From: Betaproteobacteria bacterium | Lineage (GTDB): Bacteria > Pseudomonadota > Gammaproteobacteria > Burkholderiales > JACQAP01 | NCBI GenBank assembly: GCA_039931685.1 | Contig: JBDTRK010000006.1 | Location: forward strand, 1-60,996 | DNA length: 60,996 bases | Direction: 5' to 3' | In this document: one piece after another, positions 1-11,174 of the stretch | Position numbering within the stretch: position 1 is the first letter of the stretch | Layout: each line of letters begins with the position of its first letter | Position numbers and translations under genes: made by a program | The notes under the pieces: model-generated | Seen by the model: only the letters and a program-made list of their open reading frames with translations | Databases searched by the model: none | Told to the model about the DNA's origin: nothing

Positions 1-973
1 CCATCGTCGTGCCGCGGTACATATGCACCGGCTCGGGCATTTCAGCGTAGACCGATCCGGTCATGTGCCGTTGGTAGTTCCGGCCAACCTGGCCCGACGA
101 ATTGGCGAGTCCGTTCGCGAACTTGCCCGATGAAGACATTAACAGCAGCCGCGGCGTTTCGATCGAGTTACCTGCCACGCATACTGCGCGTGCACGCTGG
201 AGTTGTCGCTTGCCATCGGCATCCATGTAGATCACGCCGGTGACTTTTCCGGAAGCGTCATGCTCGATCTTTGCGGCGTGCGCCTGGGTACGCAGGTCGA
301 GATTGCCCGTAGCTTCGGCTGCCGGAATTTCGGTGTACAGGGAAGACCACTTCGCGCCGGATTTACACCCCTGGAAACAAAAACCCAGCTGCAGACAGGA
401 CGCACGTCCCGCGCGCGGGCGGCTGTTGATCGCCATGCGACCGGTAGACGCCTTGTAGCCCACCTTCGTGGCGCCGTTGTAAAAAACCTTGAAGTTGTTG
501 TTTCCGGGCAAACCGGGAATGTCGTTGGTGCGCGTGACCCCGAGCTTGTCTTCCGCCTTGGCGTAATACGGGGCCAGTTCTTCATAGTCCAGCGGCCAAT
601 CGAGTAGATTGGTACCGGCAATGGCACCGTAAGTCGTGCGCGCCTTGAACTCGTACGGCTGGATGCGCAACGAAGCGCCGGCCCAGTGCACGGTACTGCC
701 CCCGACAGTCTTGCAAATCCACGCGGGCAAGCCCCCGAAGTCTTTCGCCACTCGCCACGATCCCGACGTGGTGCGCTTGTCCAACCAGGCCAACTGCCCG
801 AACGAAGCCCATTCGTCATTGACGAAGGTCGCCGAACTCTGGCGTTGTCCCGCTTCGAGCAGCACCACTTTTATGCCGCGCTGGCAAAGTTCGTTGGCCA
901 GCGTCCCACCACCCGCGCCGGATCCGACGACCACTACAACCGACTCGTCCTTGTATTCGAATTTGTTATCCAT
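1..973 (-). CDS. GMC-family FAD oxidoreductase (flavoprotein subunit), 3' end outside window
   Basis: Not in ORF track (truncated). Manual translation from ATG at 973: MDNKFEYKDESVVVVVGSGAGGGTLANEL...VLLEAG...VGGSTVHWAG...AGNSIETPRLLL...GLANSSGQVGRN; GxGxxG FAD motif and GMC motifs. Confidence 0.9.
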   Translation of the reverse strand, partial: MDNKFEYKDESVVVVVGSGAGGGTLANELCQRGIKVVLLEAGQRQSSATFVNDEWASFGQLAWLDKRTTSGSWRVAKDFGGLPAWICKTVGGSTVHWAGASLRIQPYEFKARTTYGAIAGTNLLDWPLDYEELAPYYAKAEDKLGVTRTNDIPGLPGNNNFKVFYNGATKVGYKASTGRMAINSRPRAGRASCLQLGFCFQGCKSGAKWSSLYTEIPAAEATGNLDLRTQAHAAKIEHDASGKVTGVIYMDADGKRQLQRARAVCVAGNSIETPRLLLMSSSGKFANGLANSSGQVGRNYQRHMTGSVYAEMPEPVHMYRGTTM

Positions 974-986
974 TTTGGCGTCCCCT

Positions 987-1550
987 TTAGTCTTTGGCCG
1001 GGCTGGCCGATGCAGGCGGGTTCGGCAGCCAGGTCAGATCGTCGAAGCCGCGGTGCTTGTAGCCGCCGTGCTCCCAGGCGGAACCCTCGTAGCCGAAGTG
1101 CGCGAATGCGATCGGGTTGTTGTAGAGGTTGCCGACGGTTGTGCCGCGGACGGCGTTGAAGAAAGGCGTGCCCTCGATCGCTTTTGCTGCTGCGAGTCGG
1201 GCATCTTCGCCCGCGTTGACAAAGCTGCCGCCGGAAGCCGAGTCAAGCTTCTGAATGCCGTCGCTGAGCATTTGCAGCGTCGCCTTGTCTTTCGCGCTGC
1301 CATCCAGCGCCTTGACCACCAGCGCATAGGCTGCATCGTCCAGGGTGTCGTGCGGATAAAGCGTGCGCGCGAAGGCCATCAACGATTGACCCTGGGCGTC
1401 GCTCAACACACTGAGTTCCATCGCCCATGCGCGGCTCGGCGCGAACGCCAGGAAAGCGGATGACGTGCTCAGCATGCCCATCAGCACGCCGCTCGCCTTG
1501 ATGAAATCACGCCGTGTAATTTTCGCCGCAGGCGTCACGGCACGGGCCAT
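987..1550 (-). CDS. TAT-signal protein, gluconate 2-dehydrogenase subunit 3-like partner of the GMC enzyme
   Basis: TRRDFIK twin-arginine motif, C-terminal FGYEG...GY..RGFDDL.WLP; AGGA RBS before ATG 1550; 13 nt upstream of the GMC gene. Confidence 0.8.
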   Translation of the reverse strand: MARAVTPAAKITRRDFIKASGVLMGMLSTSSAFLAFAPSRAWAMELSVLSDAQGQSLMAFARTLYPHDTLDDAAYALVVKALDGSAKDKATLQMLSDGIQKLDSASGGSFVNAGEDARLAAAKAIEGTPFFNAVRGTTVGNLYNNPIAFAHFGYEGSAWEHGGYKHRGFDDLTWLPNPPASASPAKD

Positions 1551-2112
1551 TTCATTCCTCGTGATCATATGCATTTTGTGCAGGTCGCCAGTACCGCGCT
1601 GCCGTATCCGATCGAGCGGCGATAACGGTGCAACCGCCTGCCTCTCCTCCCTCTAGATGATTTGACAATGTTGCGCCAGGAGCCGATTTCGCCTGGCACC
1701 CTTTCTCAACGATCGACATCATTCGCCGCTGCTGCGGCGGGGACCGACAACTATGATAGACGCGCAACCACCGATTTTTGACTTCGGCTCCTGCCGAGTT
1801 TGCAATCACGCACTCCGAATGATTAGTCCATAGCGGCGAATTGCGGTCAACGACAACTTATACCGCATTGCGTCAGATCGACTTGCCGATGACGCTGGAA
1901 AGCGCGGTGTTTTTGAGGCAATTCCAGAGCGGGCGCACTTCTGGTGCACCGCCGCGCCATTCGCCTGTCCGCGCAGCAATGCTCCGCCGGCGACGCACGC
2001 GTGTGCAATGCGAGCAAGACCAGGGCGGATCGAATGTTGCCGGTGAAGTTTGCGGAGTTCTTGCAGCGCCCGAGGTCCTGCAGATGCGGGACTGCGCCTT
2101 GGTATCGCCGGT

Positions 2113-3282
2113 TCAGATCACGCCGGCGGCACGCAATCTGGAAATGTCAGCGCTCGCATACCCCGCGTCATGCAGGATTTCGTTGGTATGTTGTCCCGCG
2201 TCGGGCGCGGGCCGGTCGACCGCGAATTCGTACTCGCTCATCTTCAGCGGCGGACCGAATTGCAGCGTGCCGCCCGCGCGCGAAACCATGTCCCGGGCAA
2301 CGACCTGCGGATCCGAAAGGCTTTCTTCCAGCGTCAGCACCGGGGTGACGCAGCAATCCACACCGGAAAACTCTTCGACCCAGTGAGCCTGGGACTTCGA
2401 CGCGAAAATCGCCGCGGTCTGCTCCTTGCCCCATTTCGCGTCGCGCGTGCGCTTTTCCCAGTGACTGTCCTTCAGGTCCGGACGGCCGAGCACATCGCAT
2501 ACGCGCTCCCAGAACTTCCATTCCAGCGCGCCGACCGCCATGTGGCGGCCGTCGGCGGTGCGGTACACCGAATAACAGGGTTCGCGCCCCGACAGAAAAT
2601 CTTCTCCACGCGGAAGGGCGTTGCCGGTCGACGCGACTGCAGCCAGGGCCTGCAGGTTGTGCACGAGCACGCCTTCGGTCATGGCAACGTCGACATACCG
2701 GCCCTTGCCGCTGCGCTGCGCATCGAGCAACGCGGCCAGAATGCCCATGGCCGGCACCACCGCGCCGCCAAGAATGTCGGCGATCTGCAGATTCGGGATC
2801 GCGGGATCGCCATGCGCGATGCCGATTTGATCGACCAGGCCCGCGTAACCGCAGTAGTTGACGTCGTGGCCGGCAACATCGCGATACGGTCCGCTCTGCC
2901 CGTACCCTGAAATCGCACAGTAAACGATGCGCGGATTGATCGCAGCGCAGGCGGCATAGCCGATGCCGAGCCGGTCGACCACGCCTGGTCGAAAACCTTC
3001 GACCACCGCATCGGCCCCGCGCACCAGCGTCATGAAAACGTCCACACCCGCTGGCTGCTTCAGATCGAGCCGCAGCGCGCGCTTGTTGCGGTTTATTGCG
3101 GCGAACACCGGCGCGGTCTTGCCCGGTTCGGCGCCCAGCGTGCGCGCGTAGTCGCCGGCTCCGGTATCTTCGATCTTGATTACATCCGCGCCGAAGTCGG
3201 CCAGATGCAACGTGCAGACCGGGCCGGGCAGCAACCGGGTCAGGTCGAGTACGCGAATGCCGGCCAGCGGTTTGGGGCGCAT
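2113..3282 (-). CDS. CaiB/BaiF family (class III) CoA transferase / acyl-CoA racemase-like
   Basis: PLAGIRVLDLTRLLPGP, GADVIKIE, NRNKR, EGFRPGV, GHDVNY motifs. Confidence 0.93.
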   Translation of the reverse strand: MRPKPLAGIRVLDLTRLLPGPVCTLHLADFGADVIKIEDTGAGDYARTLGAEPGKTAPVFAAINRNKRALRLDLKQPAGVDVFMTLVRGADAVVEGFRPGVVDRLGIGYAACAAINPRIVYCAISGYGQSGPYRDVAGHDVNYCGYAGLVDQIGIAHGDPAIPNLQIADILGGAVVPAMGILAALLDAQRSGKGRYVDVAMTEGVLVHNLQALAAVASTGNALPRGEDFLSGREPCYSVYRTADGRHMAVGALEWKFWERVCDVLGRPDLKDSHWEKRTRDAKWGKEQTAAIFASKSQAHWVEEFSGVDCCVTPVLTLEESLSDPQVVARDMVSRAGGTLQFGPPLKMSEYEFAVDRPAPDAGQHTNEILHDAGYASADISRLRAAGVI

Positions 3283-3289
3283 CGCCAGT

Positions 3290-3862
3290 TCAACCGGCCG
3301 TGGCTTTTTTAGAGCCGGTATAGAACTCCGGATAGCGCTTCGCGATCACCGGACTGTCGGAGGCCCAGGCATGGCATGAATCCATCAGCCCCGGGCGCTT
3401 GCGCACACCCTGCTCGCGCTCGCGACGCGCGCGCAGCGGATACACGGTCTGAAACGCTGTGGTGGCCATCGGGCCGAGCAGTTCCAGCAGGTGCGTGCAA
3501 CCGCGAGTGCCGCCGAGCAGCTCGCGCGTCTTCTGCGTCCAGCCGCCCTTGATCGCGAGTCCCTTCAGCGCCTGGAAATTCGGTGTGATGTCGCCGCACA
3601 TGTTGTAAGGACCCCACACCGTGCGCGCCTCGACGCCGACGACATTGAGATCGTCGTCCACGGTCAGTCGCAGCCACATTTCATGCAACGGCTGTCCGGC
3701 CGGCGCCGGACCGCGATCGAGATCCTTGAGATCGTAGCTCTTGGTGTCGACCAGGTGGCCTTCGATATCCCAGAGACCGTCGTCGCGGCGGTAGCCGATG
3801 CACTCGACCTGGCGGCGGTGCATGAGCTGGCGTGGTGCAGGTGCGGTCAACCCGGTTTTCAA
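3290..3862 (-). CDS. DUF2889 domain protein
   Basis: HRRQVECIGYRRDDGLWDIEGHLVDTK...LHEMWLRLTVD...GCTHLLELL...DSCHAW; TTG start overlaps upstream stop (TTGA). Confidence 0.8.
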   Translation of the reverse strand: MKTGLTAPAPRQLMHRRQVECIGYRRDDGLWDIEGHLVDTKSYDLKDLDRGPAPAGQPLHEMWLRLTVDDDLNVVGVEARTVWGPYNMCGDITPNFQALKGLAIKGGWTQKTRELLGGTRGCTHLLELLGPMATTAFQTVYPLRARREREQGVRKRPGLMDSCHAWASDSPVIAKRYPEFYTGSKKATAG

Positions 3863-4050
3863 CGTGGTCTTCCTGTGCGGCGGCGCTCTTCGAGACTCTT
3901 GAGCACCGCAAGTTTTTCGGCAGCGGATAATTCGAGCCAGCCCGCGATCTCGTCCAGCGTACGCAGACAACCGCGACACAGTCCGTTATACGGATTCATC
4001 TGGCAAACATTCACGCAAGGTGAGGCGGGTTCCCTGATTGCGCAGTTCAC
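3859..4050 (-). CDS. DUF1289 small Cys-rich (putative Fe-S) protein
   Basis: SPCVNVCQM...LCRGCLRTLDEIAGW; GTG start overlaps hmgL stop (GTGA). Confidence 0.85.
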   Translation of the reverse strand: MNCAIREPASPCVNVCQMNPYNGLCRGCLRTLDEIAGWLELSAAEKLAVLKSLEERRRTGRPR

Positions 4051-4964
4051 GCGGCGGCCTTGTCGCGCTTCGCGGCCAGCGCGCGGCCGGCGCGGGACAT
4101 CGTCGGGCGGCCCAAATGACCGCAGATGAACTGGGCTGCGTCGAGCAGGCGATTCATATCGATGCCGGTGTCGATGTTCAGGCCATCGAGCATATAGAGC
4201 ACGTCTTCGGTGGCGACATTGCCAGTTGCCCCTTTTGCATACGGGCAACCGCCAAGGCCGGCGGCGGAACTGTCGAACGTCGCTATACCGAGTTCCATCA
4301 CCGCCAGGATGTTGGCGAGCGCCTGGCCGTAGGTATCGTGAAAATGGCCGGCGAGCTTGCCCACCGGAACTTTCTTCGCTACCGCCTCGACCATGCGCTG
4401 CGCGCGCGCTGGCGTACCGGTGCCGATGGTGTCGCCGAGCGAAACCTCGTAGCAGCCCATGTCGAACAGTTGTTGCGCGATATCCGCGACCGCCTCCGGT
4501 CTGACTTCGCCTTCGTAGGGACAGCCGAGCACGACCGAGATGTAACCGCGCACGCGCAGGCCGGCAGCAAGCGCGGCCTTGCAGACCTCAGCCTGGCGTT
4601 GCATCGATTCGGCGATGGTGCAATTGGTGTTGCGCCGGGAAAACGCTTCGGTGGCGGCGGCAAAGCCCGCAACTTCCTCGGCCCGTGCGGCGATGGCGGC
4701 TTCCAGCCCTTTCAGATTCGGCACCAGTACCGGATAGGCCACACCTGGCTTGCGCCGGATACACGCCATGACTTGCGCAGTGTCCGCCATTTGCGGCACC
4801 CATTTCGGCGATACGAAACTGCCGGCTTCGACGGACTGCAATCCGGCCTCCGACAGCCGGTCGATCAACTCGACCTTGACCTCTGTGGGGACCGAGCCGG
4901 GTTCATTCTGCAGTCCATCGCGCGGACTGACTTCGACTATTTTTACGCGTGCCGGATATTTCAT
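4047..4964 (-). CDS. liuE: Hydroxymethylglutaryl-CoA lyase
   Basis: IVEVSPRDGLQNE, HFHDTYGQALAN, GLGGCPYAKGATGNVATED; ATG overlaps mccA stop. Confidence 0.96.
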   Translation of the reverse strand: MKYPARVKIVEVSPRDGLQNEPGSVPTEVKVELIDRLSEAGLQSVEAGSFVSPKWVPQMADTAQVMACIRRKPGVAYPVLVPNLKGLEAAIAARAEEVAGFAAATEAFSRRNTNCTIAESMQRQAEVCKAALAAGLRVRGYISVVLGCPYEGEVRPEAVADIAQQLFDMGCYEVSLGDTIGTGTPARAQRMVEAVAKKVPVGKLAGHFHDTYGQALANILAVMELGIATFDSSAAGLGGCPYAKGATGNVATEDVLYMLDGLNIDTGIDMNRLLDAAQFICGHLGRPTMSRAGRALAAKRDKAAA

Positions 4965-6985
4965 GCTCTGCCTGCTTCCTCCGCTTCGAACTCTAGCAGC
5001 TGCGCGCCTTCGGCAACCTGCTCGCCTGCGCAAAAGTATATCTGTCTTACGATGCCGCGCTTCGGCGCACTGATCGTATGTTCCATTTTCATGGCTTCGA
5101 TGATCATCAGCGTCTGCCCTTTCGCGACGCGATCGCCGCTGCCAACTAGCACCTGGATCACGCTGCCCGGCAGGGGCGACACCAGACGCCCGGAAGGATC
5201 TTCCTCCTCGATGGCAACGGGCTTGTCGAACGCAAGTCGGTAACTGCCGCCTCCCGCAAATATTGTCAGCTCGCCGGGTCGGGGCACGACCGTGGCACGA
5301 CTGACCCTGCCGTCCAGATCCACCTCGATCATGCCATCGCCGCCGCCGCGCACCGAAGCGCTCACGCTGGCGCCGCCGGGCAGATCAAGCACATAGCCGC
5401 CGCTACGATAATGGGCCACAACCCTGATGCGCTTTCCCGCATCCACAAACATGTATGCGTGGTGGTTGTCTTCGTTCAGACGCCAGCCATGGCGCAGGTG
5501 CCAGGGCGAATACGGGTCCCCGGAACGCGCAGCGATCGCCTGCGCTTCGTCGTCCATGCGCAACGATTCGCCTAGCACCGCGATCGCCAGGATGTCGTCG
5601 GGCACGGCGGCCGGCTCGGGAAAGAGTGCGGCCCGGTTACGCTCGATCAGTCCGGTATCCAGCGCGCCCGGGCTGCCATCGGTGTCGGCAAAATCCGCAT
5701 GGGCAGTCACCGCCGAGAGGAAAGACAAGTTGGTCGTGACACCGGCGACCTGATAGTCGCCCAGTGCGCACCGAAGGCGGCGCAGCGCCGAGGCGCGATC
5801 CCGATCCCATGCAATCAGCTTGGCAATCATCGGATCATAGTGCACGCCGACTTCGTCGCCCGCCTGCACGCCGCTGTCGACGCGCACATGGGCGTTTTGA
5901 GACGGCTGGCGCAGATGCTCGACGCGACCGGCCGCCGGCAGGAATCCGCGCGCCGGATCTTCGGCATAAATGCGCGCCTCGATCGCATGACCACTGATCG
6001 ACAGCTCGTGCTGCGCCAAAGGCAGTGCCTCGCCGCAGGCGACCCGCAACTGCCATTCGACCAGATCGAGGCCGGTGATCATTTCGGTGACCGGATGCTC
6101 GACCTGCAGCCGCGTATTCATTTCCATGAAATAGAATCGGCCACCGGGTTCCACGATGAATTCGACCGTTCCGGCACCGACATAGCCCACGGCTTTCGCC
6201 GCGGCCACCGCTGCATCGCCCATCTGCTTGCGCCGCGCGACGCTCATGCCCGGCGCCGGCGCTTCCTCCAGAATTTTCTGATGGCGGCGCTGCACCGAAC
6301 AATCGCGCTCGAAGAGATGCACGCAGCGACCATGCATATCGGCGAACACCTGCATTTCGATATGGCGCGGGCGCTCGAGATATTTCTCGATCAGCACCCG
6401 GTCATTACCGAATGACGATGCGGCTTCTCGCCTCGCCGATGCCAGCGCCTCGGCAAATTCGCCGGGTTGATTCACCACGCGCATGCCTTTGCCCCCACCG
6501 CCCGCGCTGGCCTTGATCAGCACCGGATAGCCGATGTGCCCGGCTTCCTCCTGTAGCCGCGCCAGGTCTTGCGCGGCGCCGTGATAGCCGGGCACCAGCG
6601 GCACACCGGCCTTTTCCATCAATGTTTTCGCCGCCGCTTTGGACCCCATCGCCTCGATCGCGGCGGATGGAGGACCGATGAACTCCACACCGGCCTGCGT
6701 GCAAGCGCGCGCAAAGTCCGCGTTCTCGGAAAGAAAGCCGTACCCCGGATGAATTGCCTGGGCGCCGCTTTTCTTCGCGACCTCGAGCATGCGATCGCCG
6801 CGCAGATAGGAATCGCGCGGGTGCGCGGGGCCGATCAACCAGGCTTCGTCGCAACTGCCGACATGCATGGCGCGCGCATCAGCCTCCGAGTACACCGCGA
6901 CCGTGCGCACGCCGAGGCGCTTTGCCGTGCGTGCGATGCGGCAGGCGATTTCGCCGCGGTTGGCGATGAGGATCTTGTCGAACAT
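4961..6985 (-). CDS. liuD: 3-methylcrotonyl-CoA carboxylase alpha (biotin carboxylase + biotinyl domain)
   Basis: MFDKILIANRGEIACR, RDCSVQRRHQK, EMNTRLQVEHPVTE, EAMKME biotin site; liu context. Confidence 0.93.
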   Translation of the reverse strand: MFDKILIANRGEIACRIARTAKRLGVRTVAVYSEADARAMHVGSCDEAWLIGPAHPRDSYLRGDRMLEVAKKSGAQAIHPGYGFLSENADFARACTQAGVEFIGPPSAAIEAMGSKAAAKTLMEKAGVPLVPGYHGAAQDLARLQEEAGHIGYPVLIKASAGGGGKGMRVVNQPGEFAEALASARREAASSFGNDRVLIEKYLERPRHIEMQVFADMHGRCVHLFERDCSVQRRHQKILEEAPAPGMSVARRKQMGDAAVAAAKAVGYVGAGTVEFIVEPGGRFYFMEMNTRLQVEHPVTEMITGLDLVEWQLRVACGEALPLAQHELSISGHAIEARIYAEDPARGFLPAAGRVEHLRQPSQNAHVRVDSGVQAGDEVGVHYDPMIAKLIAWDRDRASALRRLRCALGDYQVAGVTTNLSFLSAVTAHADFADTDGSPGALDTGLIERNRAALFPEPAAVPDDILAIAVLGESLRMDDEAQAIAARSGDPYSPWHLRHGWRLNEDNHHAYMFVDAGKRIRVVAHYRSGGYVLDLPGGASVSASVRGGGDGMIEVDLDGRVSRATVVPRPGELTIFAGGGSYRLAFDKPVAIEEEDPSGRLVSPLPGSVIQVLVGSGDRVAKGQTLMIIEAMKMEHTISAPKRGIVRQIYFCAGEQVAEGAQLLEFEAEEAGRA

Positions 6986-7024
6986 TTGATATCTGGTTTT
7001 CCTGCCGCCGCCGGCAAACAAGGC

Positions 7025-7459
7025 CTACTTCCAGGTGTCGTCCACATCGTCCGGTGCCAGGGGCTCGGATTGGCCACCCGGCTGGCGCGACAGATTGTTG
7101 TGCAACAGCAATGCAAGGATGAAGCAAAGACCAAACAGCGCAAGCCCGATGAAACTCGCAGCCATGGCGATATGCACCAGCGTTTCGATGGTGCCACCAC
7201 GCGCCTCTTCGCAAGCGGCCCAGCCCTCCCGGGTCTTCATCGCGATATCGACCAGCGCCGCCGTATCTGCCGATCGCAAATCAGCGAGCAGGCTGTCGAA
7301 CCTGGGCAGCGTCGGCTGGTACTGGCCCATGTAGTGCCACAACCAGATCCCGGCGCCCAGATCGAGCATAAACATCGCAAGGCCGAGCGCGCAGAACAGC
7401 GCGAGCAGCTTCGCTCTTTGCGCGTCGAGCGCGGCCGATGCGTCCACGGCGAATCCCAA
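7025..7459 (-). CDS. Hypothetical membrane protein (two predicted TM helices)
   Basis: Fills the liuC-liuD gap on the operon strand; hydrophobic segments LLALFCALGLAMFMLDLGAGIWLW and LVHIAMAASFIGLALFGLCFILALLL; GGAG then TTG at 7459 (start uncertain). Confidence 0.6.
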   Translation of the reverse strand: MGFAVDASAALDAQRAKLLALFCALGLAMFMLDLGAGIWLWHYMGQYQPTLPRFDSLLADLRSADTAALVDIAMKTREGWAACEEARGGTIETLVHIAMAASFIGLALFGLCFILALLLHNNLSRQPGGQSEPLAPDDVDDTWK

Positions 7460-7460
7460 G

Positions 7461-8243
7461 TCAGCTCCAGTGCGGCTTGCGCTTGTCGAGGAAGGCAACC
7501 AGGCCTTCCTGTCCTTCGCTTTCCACGCGGATGGCGGCGATGCGTTTTGCCGTTTCTACCGACAACGCGTCGTCGATCGGCCGACGGCTGACATCTTCGA
7601 TCAGTCTCTTGGCGGCGGCCTGCGCTTTTGGACCGCCTTTGAGAAGGTGCCCGGTGATGCTTGCCACAGACTCGTCGAGCACACCTTCATCGACGACTTC
7701 GTGCACCAGGCCAATACGCCTGGCCTCAGCGGCGTCGAAGCGCTCCGCGGTCAGGAAATAACGCCGTGCAGCGCGCTCGCCGATCGCCGCAATGACGTAC
7801 GGACTGATGACCGAGGGGATCAAGCCCAGCCGCACTTCCGATAGACAAAAGAGCGCCTGAGTGCTTGCGATCGCAATATCGCAACAGGCGACCAGTCCCA
7901 CCCCGCCGCCGAAGGCAGAGCCCTGCACCCGCGCGATGGTCGGCTTCTGTACCCCTTCGAGCGTGCGCATCAGATTGGCAAGCGCCACGGCATCACGCAG
8001 ATTTTCCTCCTGCGAATATTTGGCCATGCGCCGCATCCAGTTCAGATCGGCCCCGGCGGAAAAGCTCTTGCCGTTGGCGGCAAGCACGATGACGCGGACC
8101 TGCGACAGGTGATCGAGGCGGCGCAGCTCCGCGGTCAACACTGCAATCAGGCCATCGTCGAAAGCGTTATGCACGTCGGGACGATTCATGCGAATCGTGG
8201 CGACGCCGTCGATTAGTTCTGTCTGCAGCATATCTTGATTCAT
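7461..8243 (-). CDS. liuC: Enoyl-CoA hydratase, methylglutaconyl-CoA hydratase-like
   Basis: NRPDVHNAFD, FSAGADLNWM, AFGGGVGLVACCD, LSEVRLGLIP; liu context. Confidence 0.9.
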   Translation of the reverse strand: MNQDMLQTELIDGVATIRMNRPDVHNAFDDGLIAVLTAELRRLDHLSQVRVIVLAANGKSFSAGADLNWMRRMAKYSQEENLRDAVALANLMRTLEGVQKPTIARVQGSAFGGGVGLVACCDIAIASTQALFCLSEVRLGLIPSVISPYVIAAIGERAARRYFLTAERFDAAEARRIGLVHEVVDEGVLDESVASITGHLLKGGPKAQAAAKRLIEDVSRRPIDDALSVETAKRIAAIRVESEGQEGLVAFLDKRKPHWS

Positions 8244-8258
8244 GGCTGGTCCGCCTTG

Positions 8259-9410
8259 TCAGTCCGGCGCAAAACGTTTAGCTACTTCCTCGAGCATGAC
8301 CTCGGTGGCGCCTCCGCCGATCGACAGCACGCGCGCATCGCGCGCCTGGCGCTCGATCGCTGATTCGCGCATATAGCCCATGCCCCCGTGGAATTGCTGG
8401 CAGGTGTAAACCACTTCGTTGGCCAGCTCGCCGGTCAGCGCCTTGAGCATCGAAACTTCGCGTACGCAATCGCGCTGCTGCCCGGCGAGCCAGCCGCAGT
8501 GATACAAAAACTGCCGTGCCGCGTGGGTCCTGGCTTCGAGCATGGCCAGGCGCTGGCGAATCACTTGCTTGTCGAACAGCGTTGCGCCGAACGCCTTGCG
8601 CTGCTTGACATATTCGATTGTCAGCCGCAGCGACGTGAGCGCGTTGCCAACCGCCATCGCCGCCGCCGCGATGCGCTCGCGCTGGAAATTTTTCATGACC
8701 GCATAGAATCCACCGTTCTCTTCGCCCAGAAGATTTTGCGCGGGAATACGGCAGTCTTCGAAAGCGAGCTCCGCCGTGTCGGAACACAGCCAGCCGGTTT
8801 TGTTCAGCGCGCGCCCCACGCGGAAACCCGGCGTGCCTTTTTCGACGATGAACATGGAAATGCCGCGCGAACCCTTGGCGGCCGCATCAGTCCGCGCGGC
8901 TACGAAGTAGAGATCCGCGTACACGCCGTTGGTAATGAACATCTTGGCGCCGTTCAAGATCCAGTCCGCTCCGTCGCGCCGGGCGCGCGTGCGCAGGCCG
9001 GCCACGTCGGAGCCGGCATCCGGCTCGGTGACCGCCACCGCGGTGATGCATTCCCCGCCGATGATGCCCGGAAGATATTTTTCCAGCTGCGCCCGCGAGC
9101 CGGCATTGACCAGATGCGGCGAGGCCATGTCCGAGTGCACCAGGGCCGTAACGATGAATCCGCCGAATGTGCTGCGCGACAGCGCTTCCGCAAACACGAG
9201 GGAAGTCAGCGCGTCGGACTGCGATCCGCCGAATTCGGTCGGGTAAGTTATGCCGAAAAAACCCAGTGCGCCCATTTTACGCAACACCTCGCGCGGGACG
9301 AAACCTTGCTCTTCCCAGGCCGCGCCGTAGGGCTCGACTTCCCTGGCAACAAAACGCGCGACTTGCTCGCGCAGCGCGACATGCTCTTCGGTGAGATAGA
9401 TGGATTCCAT
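8259..9410 (-). CDS. Acyl-CoA dehydrogenase (second ACAD of the operon)
   Basis: AVTEPDAGSDVA, LNGAKMFITNG, QFHGGMGYMRE, IGGGATEVM; true start ATG 9410. Confidence 0.93.
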   Translation of the reverse strand: MESIYLTEEHVALREQVARFVAREVEPYGAAWEEQGFVPREVLRKMGALGFFGITYPTEFGGSQSDALTSLVFAEALSRSTFGGFIVTALVHSDMASPHLVNAGSRAQLEKYLPGIIGGECITAVAVTEPDAGSDVAGLRTRARRDGADWILNGAKMFITNGVYADLYFVAARTDAAAKGSRGISMFIVEKGTPGFRVGRALNKTGWLCSDTAELAFEDCRIPAQNLLGEENGGFYAVMKNFQRERIAAAAMAVGNALTSLRLTIEYVKQRKAFGATLFDKQVIRQRLAMLEARTHAARQFLYHCGWLAGQQRDCVREVSMLKALTGELANEVVYTCQQFHGGMGYMRESAIERQARDARVLSIGGGATEVMLEEVAKRFAPD

Positions 9411-9439
9411 GATCTGTTGGCTGCCAGGCGTGTCCAGGG

Positions 9440-11047
<1,608 letters not shown>

Positions 11048-11053
11048 GGCGGT

Positions 11054-11170
11054 TCAGGTCCGCTTGGCAATCGGATGGCCGAGCAGAAGCTGGTAAGGAT
11101 GCCACCAGCAAGGCGCAGGGTTGCAGGAATTGCCCGACTGCGCGAATCCGTAGAGCAGATATTCCGCCAT
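11054..11170 (-). pseudogene. 38-aa remnant of a glutathione S-transferase gene (probable in-frame internal deletion)
   Basis: MAEYLLYGFAQSGNS resembles a GST N-terminus (FAQSGN.YK) and is joined directly to WWHPYQLLLGHP, resembling the GW.HPY.L.PGHP C-terminus of the same GST subgroup; sits between two operon genes with 4- and 6-nt gaps. Confidence 0.65.
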
Positions 11171-11174
11171 CTGC

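Noticed and set aside
1575-2112. Long spacer as possible ncRNA, riboswitch or sigma54 promoter
   Set aside because: Only a short GCCAGG/CCTGGC hairpin; the TGGCAC/TGGCGC motifs lack the correctly spaced GC; an Rfam search would be needed.
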